Below, in pieces: positions 1 to 8,189 of a stretch of DNA of 12,759 nucleotides (its first letter is position 1; every line of letters begins with the position of its first letter). The notes under the pieces are model-generated. The model was not told where the DNA came from, did not search any database, and saw only the letters and a program-made list of their open reading frames with translations. The DNA comes from Candidatus Iainarchaeum sp. (GTDB lineage: Archaea > B1Sed10-29 > WALL01). The DNA is taken from the NCBI GenBank assembly GCA_021162685.1, contig JAGGYF010000011.1, positions 1 to 12,759 of the forward strand, written 5' to 3'. The position numbers were made by a program, and so were the translations under genes.

Positions 1-1
1 G

Positions 2-862
2 GCAGGTTTCAGGGGTGTTGGATTCTCAAAGTTTATTTCGTATGGGAATGCTCTAAATGTGGATGAAGTTGATCTCCTTGAATATCTTGGCAATGATAAA
101 AAAACAAGAGTAATCTGTATGTACATAGAAGGAACCAGGAGAGGTAAAGAACTAATGAAAGTAGCACAAAAGGTCAGCTGTAAAAAGCCCATTGTTGCGA
201 TAAAAGCAGGTAGGAGCGAGGAGGGAGGAAGAGCTGTTTCATCGCATACTGGCGCAATGGCTGGTTCAAGTATGGTGTGGGATGCAGCATTCAAGCAGAG
301 CGGAATTGTAAAAGCAGAGGATGTTGAGGAGATGTTTGATTACGCCAGAATATTCAATGAGGAACCATTGCCTAAGGGGAACAAGGTTGCAATAGCAACA
401 AATGGTGGTGGGTTTGGAGTACTTGCCACAGATATGTGTGTTGCGAATGGACTAGAACTTGCTGAGTTAAGCCAAAAAACAAAGAAAAAGATAAAGGAGT
501 CATTGCACTACTTTGCAAGTGCTAATAACCCTATTGACATGGCTGCTGAAGCAGGTGTTGAGCAGTATGAGGCAGTACTAAATGCGCTTGTAGATGATAA
601 AAATGTGCATTCTATATTCTGCATCGCATTATTCCAGCCAGTTGCAATGGATTCTGAAGTAGTGGATATTATAGTTGAGGCGCACGAGAGAAGTGAAAAA
701 CCATTAATTGTGTGCTCAGCAGGTGGGGAGTACAACCACGTGCATATGAAAACACTTGAGGAGAATGGAGTCCCCACATATGATAAATTGTCTTCTGCTG
801 CAAAAGCACTTGGGGCATTGACATACTACGAGAAATTCAAGAAGGGGCATTCTTATAAATAA
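2..862 (+). CDS. acdA: Acetate--CoA ligase (ADP-forming) alpha subunit, C-terminal part (5' end outside window)
   Basis: Frame is open from base 2 (AGFRGVGFSKFISYGNALNVDEVDLLEYL), so the GTG at 59 is internal. Motifs YIEG, K-A-G-R, SSHTGAMAG (phospho-His), TNGGGFGVLATD and NNPIDM are present. It ends without a fused ATP-grasp beta domain. Confidence 0.9.
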   Translation, partial: AGFRGVGFSKFISYGNALNVDEVDLLEYLGNDKKTRVICMYIEGTRRGKELMKVAQKVSCKKPIVAIKAGRSEEGGRAVSSHTGAMAGSSMVWDAAFKQSGIVKAEDVEEMFDYARIFNEEPLPKGNKVAIATNGGGFGVLATDMCVANGLELAELSQKTKKKIKESLHYFASANNPIDMAAEAGVEQYEAVLNALVDDKNVHSIFCIALFQPVAMDSEVVDIIVEAHERSEKPLIVCSAGGEYNHVHMKTLEENGVPTYDKLSSAAKALGALTYYEKFKKGHSYK

Positions 863-2048
863 ACTCAATTGCTTTTTCTATGTCTCCCTCTGCCAGAAGA
901 GAGAGTAGTTTAGATGCATCAGGTCCTTGATACCCTGCCTCCTCAAGATTTTTTCTTAGGATGGCTATGCCCATCTCATCAACAGACATTTTGCTCTTCT
1001 GCATCTCTCTCAAAAGGCCAATTTTCCTCTTAAAATCTGTGACTGTTGTCACATCATCAAAAGAGATAATTGCTTTATCCTTGAATGAATCAAGTATCTC
1101 TTTTCTATCAATCGTTGCGCCTGTTTTTATTGTTCCTGAAATCTTTACTCTGAGCAAAGGTTTCTTATTAAATTGGGTGTTGAGTACGCTTGAGATCTTT
1201 TCTTTTATTTTGCGTGTTGCCGTACTTGCGTCTTCTCCCTCAAATGATAAGTCAATGTATAAAACCTTGCGCTGTGAAGAAAGCGGGAAAAACTCAATAT
1301 TGTTTGTTGCTGTATCCAACATACAAAATCCTTTTGGTTTTTCAGCTTCTCCTTTTCTTATCTGTGTTGTTATGGTGCTGCCAGGTAGCAGCAACTTCTT
1401 TCCGTTTTTTTCAAGAATATCATGCCAATGTATATGGCCATTTATTATGAGATCGAAGCCAGAGGGCATGTCATCCAATGAAAGAAATGCTGCTTCTTCA
1501 TATATGTACTCTTTGAAGGATTGATGTAAGACAAGTATGTTAAACATATTAGGGAGTGGCTTGGGATTCCATTGTTTTAATACGTCTAGTGCATAACTTT
1601 CAGGAACACCCCCCATACCATGGATAGCGATTTTTTCCCCATCTTTGGATAGAACAATGCGTTCACAATGCAATGCGACAAGAAAGTTTGCTGCTTCTAA
1701 CTCCTTAACAGGATTCACAAGGCCTTTACCCCTTCTCTCATGTGTACCATGAATTGCTATGATGGGTACACCAGAAAATGTCCTTGGTGAAATATCACGT
1801 GAGAATGTGTCCACCTTTACATTTGTCGGGTTTGAGTGTAATGCAATAGAGAGTGTCCGCATTGCCTTTTCCATAACTTCTTGCCTTGGTATTCGTGAAT
1901 CAAATATGTCCCCTGGCATGAGGATGATGTCCGCCTTCAACTCTATTGCTTTCTTTATTGCTTCTTCTGCCTGTTCAAAACTATCGTTTTCTCGTTCTGT
2001 ACCCCAGCCATAACCAAAATGTGTATCAGAGATTACTGCAATCTTCAC
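837..2048 (-). CDS. mre11: Mre11/SbcD-like calcineurin-fold metallophosphoesterase (nuclease), 403 aa
   Basis: Motifs ISDTHFG, GDIFD, HGTHE (usually GNHD), LHQ, GHIH, LPGS and E..PKGF, followed by a capping-domain-like region (PLLRVKISG) and a helical C-terminus. The GTG start overlaps the DHH stop (GTGA). Confidence 0.75.
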   Translation of the reverse strand: MKIAVISDTHFGYGWGTERENDSFEQAEEAIKKAIELKADIILMPGDIFDSRIPRQEVMEKAMRTLSIALHSNPTNVKVDTFSRDISPRTFSGVPIIAIHGTHERRGKGLVNPVKELEAANFLVALHCERIVLSKDGEKIAIHGMGGVPESYALDVLKQWNPKPLPNMFNILVLHQSFKEYIYEEAAFLSLDDMPSGFDLIINGHIHWHDILEKNGKKLLLPGSTITTQIRKGEAEKPKGFCMLDTATNNIEFFPLSSQRKVLYIDLSFEGEDASTATRKIKEKISSVLNTQFNKKPLLRVKISGTIKTGATIDRKEILDSFKDKAIISFDDVTTVTDFKRKIGLLREMQKSKMSVDEMGIAILRKNLEEAGYQGPDASKLLSLLAEGDIEKAIEFIYKNAPS

Positions 2049-3040
2049 TCTGGTTCCTCCTTAATCTTATCTATAAACTGCTTGACCTGCTCAACACATA
2101 TATTTATTGCCTCATCAATCTTTTCATCATGAATACCGTTTGCTCCAGCAGCAGCTGCATGGCCTCCCGCATCTCCACCTATCAGCTCAGAAATCTTTGG
2201 CATGATATCTCTTCCAAGGTGCAACCCTTTATTTACAATCTCGCTTTTTGCCCTTGCACTTATTCTCACCTCACCTCTCTTTGCAGCACCCACAAATGAA
2301 ACATCTGCACCCAGTTGAATCAATGCCTTTGCAACACTTCCCTCAAAACTGCTTACTTTTGACGTTGCTATGATGTATCCCTCTTTTCTCCAAAACTTCA
2401 ACCTCTGTGCGCCTTTCAACCTAGCAATCTTCTCGCTCATATCCATCGGTATTGTTATGATATCAAGTACCTTCTGGAATGAAAGGTCTCCTTCTTTTAG
2501 GATTGATGCCAATATCTCAAAACTCTTCGGAGTAGCAGCAATAAAATATGCACTATCAGTAACTATACCAGCAGCAAGACAGAGAGCGATTTCATGTGTT
2601 ATCTCAATCCCCATCTGTTTGAGGAGAGGGTATAATATCTCTGTTACTGAAACTGCTGCCTCATCAATTATTGTTGCATCAAACACGCTTGATATATGGG
2701 GTTTAGGTGAATGATGGTCTATCAAAATCTTCTTTGCATGGGCTTTCTCAACAGTATTGAAATCAAAAAGGAGAGGAGAATTTGTATCAAGAACAACAAT
2801 CGTATCAATCTCATCTATGTTAAATGTTCTCTTGAGTTCGTATTGCGCATGGGTCAATATGGCTCGCACTTGCTCATTCATTGTTCCATCAACTGAGATA
2901 AAAACCTCTTTATTCTTTTGTTCAAGTGCTTTTGCTAAGGCAACAACTGAACCAACTGCATCAGGGTCTGGACACTTATGAGTAACTAGAAGTACATTAT
3001 TTGCCTGTTCCAGTAGAGCAATTACCTCTTTTATTTCAAT
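2045..3040 (-). CDS. DHH/DHHA1 phosphoesterase (NrnA-like oligoribonuclease/pAp phosphatase family); start unresolved, between about 3040 and 3013
   Basis: IDHH, VLDT, GIVTDS and AGGHAAAAGA motifs lie in the tracked ORF. The same frame continues 53 codons upstream of ATG 2881 as IEIKEVIALLEQANNVLLVTHKCPDPDAVGSVVALAKALEQKNKEVFISVDGT, which contains DHH motif I (H..PD.DA.GS). Its position after prefoldin beta is typical of this operon. Confidence 0.85.
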   Translation of the reverse strand: MEIKEVIALLEQANNVLLVTHKCPDPDAVGSVVALAKALEQKNKEVFISVDGTMNEQVRAILTHAQYELKRTFNIDEIDTIVVLDTNSPLLFDFNTVEKAHAKKILIDHHSPKPHISSVFDATIIDEAAVSVTEILYPLLKQMGIEITHEIALCLAAGIVTDSAYFIAATPKSFEILASILKEGDLSFQKVLDIITIPMDMSEKIARLKGAQRLKFWRKEGYIIATSKVSSFEGSVAKALIQLGADVSFVGAAKRGEVRISARAKSEIVNKGLHLGRDIMPKISELIGGDAGGHAAAAGANGIHDEKIDEAINICVEQVKQFIDKIKEEPE

Positions 3041-3365
3041 CGCCCTTTGTTTGTTGTTGGAACTTTTTTTGATATTCCTCTAATTTTTTCCTCAATCTCT
3101 TTTCCTGTTCAGTATACTTCACAAGCTGGTCTTCTATCTCCTTCTTTTGTGTCTCAAGTTTCTGTTTTACTTCATCTTTCTTGCCCTCTATGAGCACTGT
3201 CCCTGTTGCAAAGAATATCCTGCCCTCTGCTTTTTCTACCTCACCAAGTGCTGTCTCTATCTCCTTCTTCTGCATTTCAAATCGCTGTTTCTGCGCCAGT
3301 ACCATTTGGTACTGTTGGTTTAGTGCTCTGAATTGAGCTATGTCTTGTTGAGAAAGTTCTGCCAT
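3036..3365 (-). CDS. pfdB: Prefoldin beta subunit
   Basis: 109 aa, two Q/E/K-rich coiled coils around one beta hairpin (IFFATGTVLIE). SD GGTGAT lies 3 nt before the ATG, and the synteny after pcc1 fits. Confidence 0.9.
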   Translation of the reverse strand: MAELSQQDIAQFRALNQQYQMVLAQKQRFEMQKKEIETALGEVEKAEGRIFFATGTVLIEGKKDEVKQKLETQKKEIEDQLVKYTEQEKRLRKKLEEYQKKFQQQTKGD

Positions 3366-3369
3366 TATA

Positions 3370-3603
3370 TCACCTTACCTCTAAACATTTTAAACATGAA
3401 TTAATCAAACGTGCATTAGTATTAAATGCGCTCCTTAGCGCAGTCTTATCATCTGCCACAATGTTCAATATAAGTATCTTCCCCTTGGCTTTTATATCTA
3501 TCTTTGACCTATTCTCTTTCTTATCATAGGATAGGGCTTTAGCTAAAATTTTGGCCTTATCCCCTGAATCCAACTCTATCTCCAATGTTAGGTTATACTT
3601 CAA
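3370..3603 (-). CDS. pcc1: KEOPS complex subunit Pcc1
   Basis: 77 aa with RSKIDI...LILNIVADDKTALRSAFNT matching the Pcc1 pattern (I.A.D..ALRA..N). It sits between the Brix and prefoldin genes. Confidence 0.85.
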   Translation of the reverse strand: MKYNLTLEIELDSGDKAKILAKALSYDKKENRSKIDIKAKGKILILNIVADDKTALRSAFNTNARLINSCLKCLEVR

Positions 3604-4070
3604 TGAACCACCTTCAATATCTTCATCAGCGGTCCTACCTCTCTCCCCATAAACGTGAAGGTTATTCTCGTCTCATCAGCAGTAAGTACCATATCACTTT
3701 CCTCATCCTCTAACCCAAAAATATCTGAGACGCCAATAGAATCATGCACCGATAGAGCATCTATCCTTTCTCTGAATGCTTGTTTAAATTCTCGGATGAG
3801 TTTCACGCCAGAAAGTATTATAACATTCGGGTGCCATTCCCAATCCCACTCTGTCACTTTTATTGCTGTTATCTTTCCTGGGTTACCCTTTCTCTCTGTT
3901 ACTATAACAATACGTTCCAAACCATGTTTTCTTGCTATATCCACTAAGTCATCAATGGATTTTTTTCCTCTGTTCTCCTGCTTTGAATTAGGAATACGTA
4001 TACACAAATCCTTTGTGAGCGTACGCGTTCTTCTTGAAGGATTCCTGGAAGTAGTGATGAGGGGTGGCAT
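3600..4070 (-). CDS. Brix-domain (Imp4-like) ribosome biogenesis protein
   Basis: N-terminal LITTSRNPSRRTRTL, NRGKKS and ERKGNPGKI, and C-terminal VGPLMKI, are characteristic of archaeal Brix proteins. Confidence 0.88.
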   Translation of the reverse strand: MPPLITTSRNPSRRTRTLTKDLCIRIPNSKQENRGKKSIDDLVDIARKHGLERIVIVTERKGNPGKITAIKVTEWDWEWHPNVIILSGVKLIREFKQAFRERIDALSVHDSIGVSDIFGLEDEESDMVLTADETRITFTFMGREVGPLMKILKVVH

Positions 4071-4199
4071 CTACTCCGCCTTTACCCGTTTCATAACAGG
4101 TGGTCTCTCTTTTGATATGATCTTATGTCCACAGTAGGGGCATGTAATAAACTTGTCTATCTTCTCTATCTTTTTTCCGCAGTTCTCACATACGTACAT
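4071..4199 (-). CDS. rpoP: DNA-directed RNA polymerase subunit P (Rpo12), 42 aa; not in the ORF track
   Basis: Manual translation gives MYVCENCGKKIEKIDKFITCPYCGHKIISKERPPVMKRVKAE*, a CxxC...CPYCG zinc ribbon plus the K.RP...K.VKA tail. GGAGG at 4211-4207 precedes the ATG, and it occupies the canonical slot between rpl37ae and Brix. Confidence 0.93.
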   Translation of the reverse strand: MYVCENCGKKIEKIDKFITCPYCGHKIISKERPPVMKRVKAE

Positions 4200-4201
4200 A
4201 T

Positions 4202-4531
4202 TCATTCCTCCTTTGCTTCTTCCTCCTCTATCTCAACCAGTACTTCCTTTGCTTTTGGTCCTGCTTGTACTGCTCTTAGCGCAATTCTGCCTGCCTCAGT
4301 TTGAGGAACATATGCTCCTCCAGAAAACTCTGCACCACACTTCGTACACTTCCATACTGCATACCTTTCTCTTTTTACACTCACTTTTCCACATTTTGGG
4401 CATACATATTTTGCTCTTTTCTTCTCTTCAATCTTCTTCACGTTGTCCCTAACTCTCTTACCATACCTTGCTCCAAAACGTGCGGTTACTCCTGTTTTTT
4501 TTGTTTTTTTTCTGCGTTTCTTTGCCATCAT
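4202..4531 (-). CDS. rpl37ae: 50S ribosomal protein L37Ae (eL43)
   Basis: RFGARYG, CPKCG...VKR....VWKCTKCG..FSGGAYVP motifs. The start is ATG 4531 or 4528, and the GGTGAT spacing favours 4528. Confidence 0.95.
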   Translation of the reverse strand: MMAKKRRKKTKKTGVTARFGARYGKRVRDNVKKIEEKKRAKYVCPKCGKVSVKRERYAVWKCTKCGAEFSGGAYVPQTEAGRIALRAVQAGPKAKEVLVEIEEEEAKEE

Positions 4532-5316
4532 ATCACCTTCACAAGTTTCCTCAGTTCCTTTCCTTTCTTGAACGCCATATCAAGTGCATAATCAATCTCC
4601 TCTCTTGTAAAAGAACCGCTTCCTCCTTTCTGCCCTGCACACAATATCTTGTCAGTTGTGGCAAATGTAACCCTTGCATCAAGTGCTTTCTCTTCCTCAA
4701 GGGCTGGGTCCACCATAATAGTATTCCCTATCTTAGCAAATGTGCATTCTATTGGTTTTTCCGATATAGGTAACTTCTCCTTTGCTTCCTCACGTATAAT
4801 CTGACCATCCTCATATTTTGGTATCCTCGTATTCCATAGGGCAGTTGTGCTAGCAAGTTCTGCTGCATCAAAGAGGTTTCCATCATAATCCAAAACATGC
4901 AAATCAAGCATGACCATCCATACCTCTTCTCCTTCTGTTATACACAACTTCTCAAAATCAATAGCTTTTGATTCTCTTATTCCTCTGTCCACTACCCTAG
5001 CAAGTTCTATTGAATTTTCATCAGGTGGCCCTGGTTCAAATGTTGGTGAAGCAAGAGGAACTAACTCGCACCCTGTCATTAAAACACCAGCATTTGGTGA
5101 ATCTGGATATGGTTGCCCGACAAGCATGCTCACACCTGCCAGGACCTGCGTTGCACCAAGCCTAACAAGTGCTGAACCTAATGCTCGTGGTATATAATTT
5201 GGTATGACCTCAATTGGTCTGTATTCATCCATTGCCCTGTTATCCTGTCTTATTCCTTTCTGCGCAAGTGAATGGATATAATCGCTCTTTATCTCCCATG
5301 CAATACTCTCTGCCAT
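4528..5316 (-). CDS. rrp42: Exosome core subunit Rrp42
   Basis: RNase PH fold motifs GSALVRLGATQVLAGV, PYPDSPNAG, FEPGPPDENSIELARVVDRGIRES, DYDGNLFDA and QKGGSGSF. Confidence 0.96.
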   Translation of the reverse strand: MAESIAWEIKSDYIHSLAQKGIRQDNRAMDEYRPIEVIPNYIPRALGSALVRLGATQVLAGVSMLVGQPYPDSPNAGVLMTGCELVPLASPTFEPGPPDENSIELARVVDRGIRESKAIDFEKLCITEGEEVWMVMLDLHVLDYDGNLFDAAELASTTALWNTRIPKYEDGQIIREEAKEKLPISEKPIECTFAKIGNTIMVDPALEEEKALDARVTFATTDKILCAGQKGGSGSFTREEIDYALDMAFKKGKELRKLVKVI

Positions 5317-6042
5317 TTAATCTACCCCCTCTACGTATCGCTCTCTAAGTGCTTTTTTCTGTAATTCATAAACCTTGGTGCATCCATCTATGGATAGGTC
5401 AAGTGCCTTCCTATACTCCTCTGGGGTTAATTGACCATCCATCTGCATCAAAACAATCTCTTTGGTGTGTGGCAGTATTGCAACAGGGACATCTGCCTCT
5501 CCAAAATTATCCTCCTTTTTCCCAAGGTCTAATACAATCTCACCACCGATCTTTCCTGCTGCACATGCTGTCACAAGGTCTCGCATAGGAATACCTGCAT
5601 CTGCCAACGCAACAGATGCTGCTGTTAGTGCTGCGCATCTTGTGCCTGCATCTGCTTGTAATATCTCAACAAAAACCTTAATCATTGTATTTGGAAACTT
5701 TTCAAGCAGAACAACACGTTCCAGTGCCTCCTTTGATATCTTTGATATCTCAATGGACCTTCTGTCTGGTCCTGGTCTCTTCCTATCCTCTACACTAAAT
5801 GGTGCCATATTATAACGATATGTTAGAACTGCCCTGTGCGGACTTGCTATATGTTTCGGGAGGCATTCCTGCGGACCATAAACTGCTGCAAGGACCTTGT
5901 TTCCTCCCCATTCAACATAACATGAACCGTCCGCTCTTTCAAGCACTCCTGCCTTTATTGTTATTGGCCTCAGATCATTAACGCCTCTTCCATCCAATCT
6001 CTTTCCATCTTTTATCAGTTCAATATCACTTTTCATTCCCAT
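5317..6042 (-). CDS. rrp41: Exosome catalytic subunit Rrp41
   Basis: [39 protein letters not shown], phosphate-binding DAGTR and acidic EDNFGEAD motifs. ATG 6042 was chosen because GGAGAGTG precedes it; alternatives are GTG 6051 and ATG 6036. Confidence 0.96.
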   Translation of the reverse strand: MGMKSDIELIKDGKRLDGRGVNDLRPITIKAGVLERADGSCYVEWGGNKVLAAVYGPQECLPKHIASPHRAVLTYRYNMAPFSVEDRKRPGPDRRSIEISKISKEALERVVLLEKFPNTMIKVFVEILQADAGTRCAALTAASVALADAGIPMRDLVTACAAGKIGGEIVLDLGKKEDNFGEADVPVAILPHTKEIVLMQMDGQLTPEEYRKALDLSIDGCTKVYELQKKALRERYVEGVD

Positions 6043-6673
6043 TATTCCCACTCTCCTTTATTTTACCTTCAAGAAATGCCTTTACTCTATCTGTTAATCC
6101 TGTGGTGTGTGCTTCTCTTTCTATCAACCGTATTGCCTTCTCTGCCTTTTTCACCTCATCTGGTGTTCCCTTGATGAATATCCTACCATTCCTACCAACA
6201 AAAATCTTGCAGTTTGTCCCTTTTCTTAGTATATCCAACATGGATGCCCTCTTTCCAACAATCCTTGGGATCTTTACGGGTATCACTTCAATAAGTTTTC
6301 CATCATAAAGTCGCTTTGGATCATTAAGTGTAACATTATACACCTCATCAACATCTACAATCTTCAATAGAAGAAGGTCACCTATCCTATATTCATCTTC
6401 TCGCATTGTCGGAAGAAAACCAATATAGGGAGAGTTTATATCAACAAAACACCCTCTGAACTTCACAACAGTAACTATACCTATAACATAATCACCAGTA
6501 ATGGGTATGTATTTTCCCCTCAATGGAACCACTCGGATTGTGTTGTTTATCTTCTCAACAACTCCGAATACAGATGAGCGTATAACATCTGCATCTCTGT
6601 ACGTACCAAATCCAGGTTTCACATCCTTCTCATTGGAGAGTTCTTCTCCAGGTATAACAATCTCACGCATCAT
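6026..6673 (-). CDS. rrp4: Exosome RNA-binding cap subunit Rrp4 (S1 + KH)
   Basis: [48 protein letters not shown] and [11 protein letters not shown] motifs. SD GAGGTGA at 6682-6676 supports ATG 6673/6670 over TTG 6697. Confidence 0.94.
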   Translation of the reverse strand: MMREIVIPGEELSNEKDVKPGFGTYRDADVIRSSVFGVVEKINNTIRVVPLRGKYIPITGDYVIGIVTVVKFRGCFVDINSPYIGFLPTMREDEYRIGDLLLLKIVDVDEVYNVTLNDPKRLYDGKLIEVIPVKIPRIVGKRASMLDILRKGTNCKIFVGRNGRIFIKGTPDEVKKAEKAIRLIEREAHTTGLTDRVKAFLEGKIKESGNNGNEK

Positions 6674-6693
6674 CCTCACCTCAAAAGAACAAG

Positions 6694-7392
6694 TCAAACT
6701 GTCTCTATAAGTTCTGTCTCAACCATCCCATGTGTCATTTTATTTAACGTATCATACAATTCAGATTGCATTCCTGCTGGAACCTCAATAACAGCTTCAA
6801 GAGAACCATCATTTTTCCATTCCTCACTTATTCGCTTTATACCATGTAAATAACTATAAACCTTCCCTGCATATTGCGCAGGAACTACAACCTTTATTCT
6901 TGCTTTTGCGAATTTGATTGGGAGTATTGGCCTCAGCTTATTTATAATATCCTCAACCTGCCTCTGAGCACTCTTGAATGGATCAATATGTACCTTTGCT
7001 TCCTCCATCGCCTTCTCAATTCTAGCAGGGGTATGTGGTGTGTTTGTTCTTGGATCAATAGCCTCTCTCACAATGATGTTTATGATCTGTCTCTTCCTCT
7101 CCTTCTGCATCTCATGCCTTTGCTCTGTAGTTATCTGTATTTCTCCCTTCTTGAGGATTGTCTTGGCTATTGTATTGAAATCGGTTGTCTGGAATGCTTC
7201 CATTAACGCTTCCTCGCTTGCCTTCTCACCTTTGTTTGCATCCTTATAGATATGATCAGAAGCAACGACCTCATCTAGGGATGCCTCTGGGTTCTCCCTT
7301 ACTTCCCATGCTCTTTCTGGGTCCACAAGTATCTCAAAGTGGTGCCCATGTGAATCAAGGCGAGCAATGACTGCCTTATCTACTGGTATCAT
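6694..7392 (-). CDS. sdo1: Ribosome maturation factor SBDS/Sdo1
   Basis: AVIARL...[49 protein letters not shown] and EEWKNDGS motifs. ATG 7392 ([11 protein letters not shown]) matches the usual N-terminus better than GTG 7401. Confidence 0.95.
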   Translation of the reverse strand: MIPVDKAVIARLDSHGHHFEILVDPERAWEVRENPEASLDEVVASDHIYKDANKGEKASEEALMEAFQTTDFNTIAKTILKKGEIQITTEQRHEMQKERKRQIINIIVREAIDPRTNTPHTPARIEKAMEEAKVHIDPFKSAQRQVEDIINKLRPILPIKFAKARIKVVVPAQYAGKVYSYLHGIKRISEEWKNDGSLEAVIEVPAGMQSELYDTLNKMTHGMVETELIETV

Positions 7393-7397
7393 ACGCC

Positions 7398-8117
7398 TCA
7401 CTTACTCTTTGAAAAAATCTTCTTAAGTTCTTCTCTACCCATTCTCTTAAATGTCTTATCCTTCTCAAGCACATAAGCAACATCCAATGTCTCATATGTG
7501 GTCTTTTTCTCACCTGTCTTCTTCAGAACCTTAAATGCCAGCTTTAACGCATCTTCAAAACTTGCATTTGGGTCATACTCTTTTTCAAATATCTCCTCTA
7601 CTTCCTTTTTTGCTGACCCTATTGCTGCTGCATATACCTCTGTAAATGCGCCACTTGGATCTGTCTCATACAAGCGTGTGCCTGTTTTATCTGAACCAAG
7701 TATCAGTAATGCAGTACCAAATGGTCTTGTACCACCATATTGCGTGTACATCTGCTTTAGGTCACATATCTCCTTTGTCAATGTCTCAATAGAGATTGGA
7801 TGATTATAAGCTATCCTTTCCCTCTGTGCCTCTACCCTCGCATAATGAATCAGCCTTCTTGCATCTGCTACCAGACCAGATGTAGCAGCACCAACATGCT
7901 TATCAATCTTAAATATCTTCTCAATACTCTCTGCATTTATCAATCGTGTTGGTAAGCTCTTATCAGTAGCAAGAAGTCCACCATTCTTAAAGACAATACC
8001 TATTGCCGTTGTTCCCCTCTTTACAGCCTCCCTGGCATATTCTACCTGGAAAAGCCTTCCATCAGGGCTAAATACAGTTATTGCTCTGTCATACGCAGTT
8101 GAAGAAGCAGGATACAA
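7398..8117 (-). CDS. psmA: Proteasome subunit alpha
   Basis: Signature [27 protein letters not shown], plus [12 protein letters not shown] and LYETDPSG. The TTG start lies 3 nt after SD GGAAGGTGAT (8130-8121). Confidence 0.97.
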   Translation of the reverse strand: MYPASSTAYDRAITVFSPDGRLFQVEYAREAVKRGTTAIGIVFKNGGLLATDKSLPTRLINAESIEKIFKIDKHVGAATSGLVADARRLIHYARVEAQRERIAYNHPISIETLTKEICDLKQMYTQYGGTRPFGTALLILGSDKTGTRLYETDPSGAFTEVYAAAIGSAKKEVEEIFEKEYDPNASFEDALKLAFKVLKKTGEKKTTYETLDVAYVLEKDKTFKRMGREELKKIFSKSK

Positions 8118-8120
8118 AAA

Positions 8121-8176
8121 ATCACCTTCCTTTTCTCTTTTCCGCTTCCCTATTATTTAACATCTTTCTATTTAAA
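8121..8176 (-). promoter_or_regulatory. Putative internal promoter (TATA box TTTAAATA, 8176-8169) and Shine-Dalgarno site (8130-8121) for psmA and downstream genes
   Basis: This is the only sizeable gap (72 bp) in the operon. It is AT-rich and contains the same octamer found upstream of the first operon gene. The function is inferred. Confidence 0.55.
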
Positions 8177-8189
8177 TATGTAGTGGTTT

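Noticed and set aside
3063-3070. A AAA AAG slippery heptamer near the end of pfdB as a route to a prefoldin-DHH fusion
   Set aside because: A -1 shift here reaches TAA at 3033-3031 after a few codons. The DHH frame is +1 relative to pfdB, so the classic -1 mechanism cannot produce the fusion.
4495-4512. Long T-tracts on the plus strand resembling an archaeal terminator or phase-variable tract
   Set aside because: They are Lys codons (RKKTKKT) of rpl37ae on the minus strand, the frame is intact, and no plus-strand gene ends here.
4528-6673. Absence of csl4 and dnaG next to rrp4-rrp41-rrp42
   Set aside because: These genes are normally encoded elsewhere in archaeal genomes, so their absence from this window is uninformative.
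508-7803. Many short opposite-strand ORFs (e.g. 508-777, 961-1524, 2370-2714, 3655-4137, 4153-4452, 5462-5815, 7498-7803)
   Set aside because: All lie antisense to well-identified conserved genes and show no family motifs.
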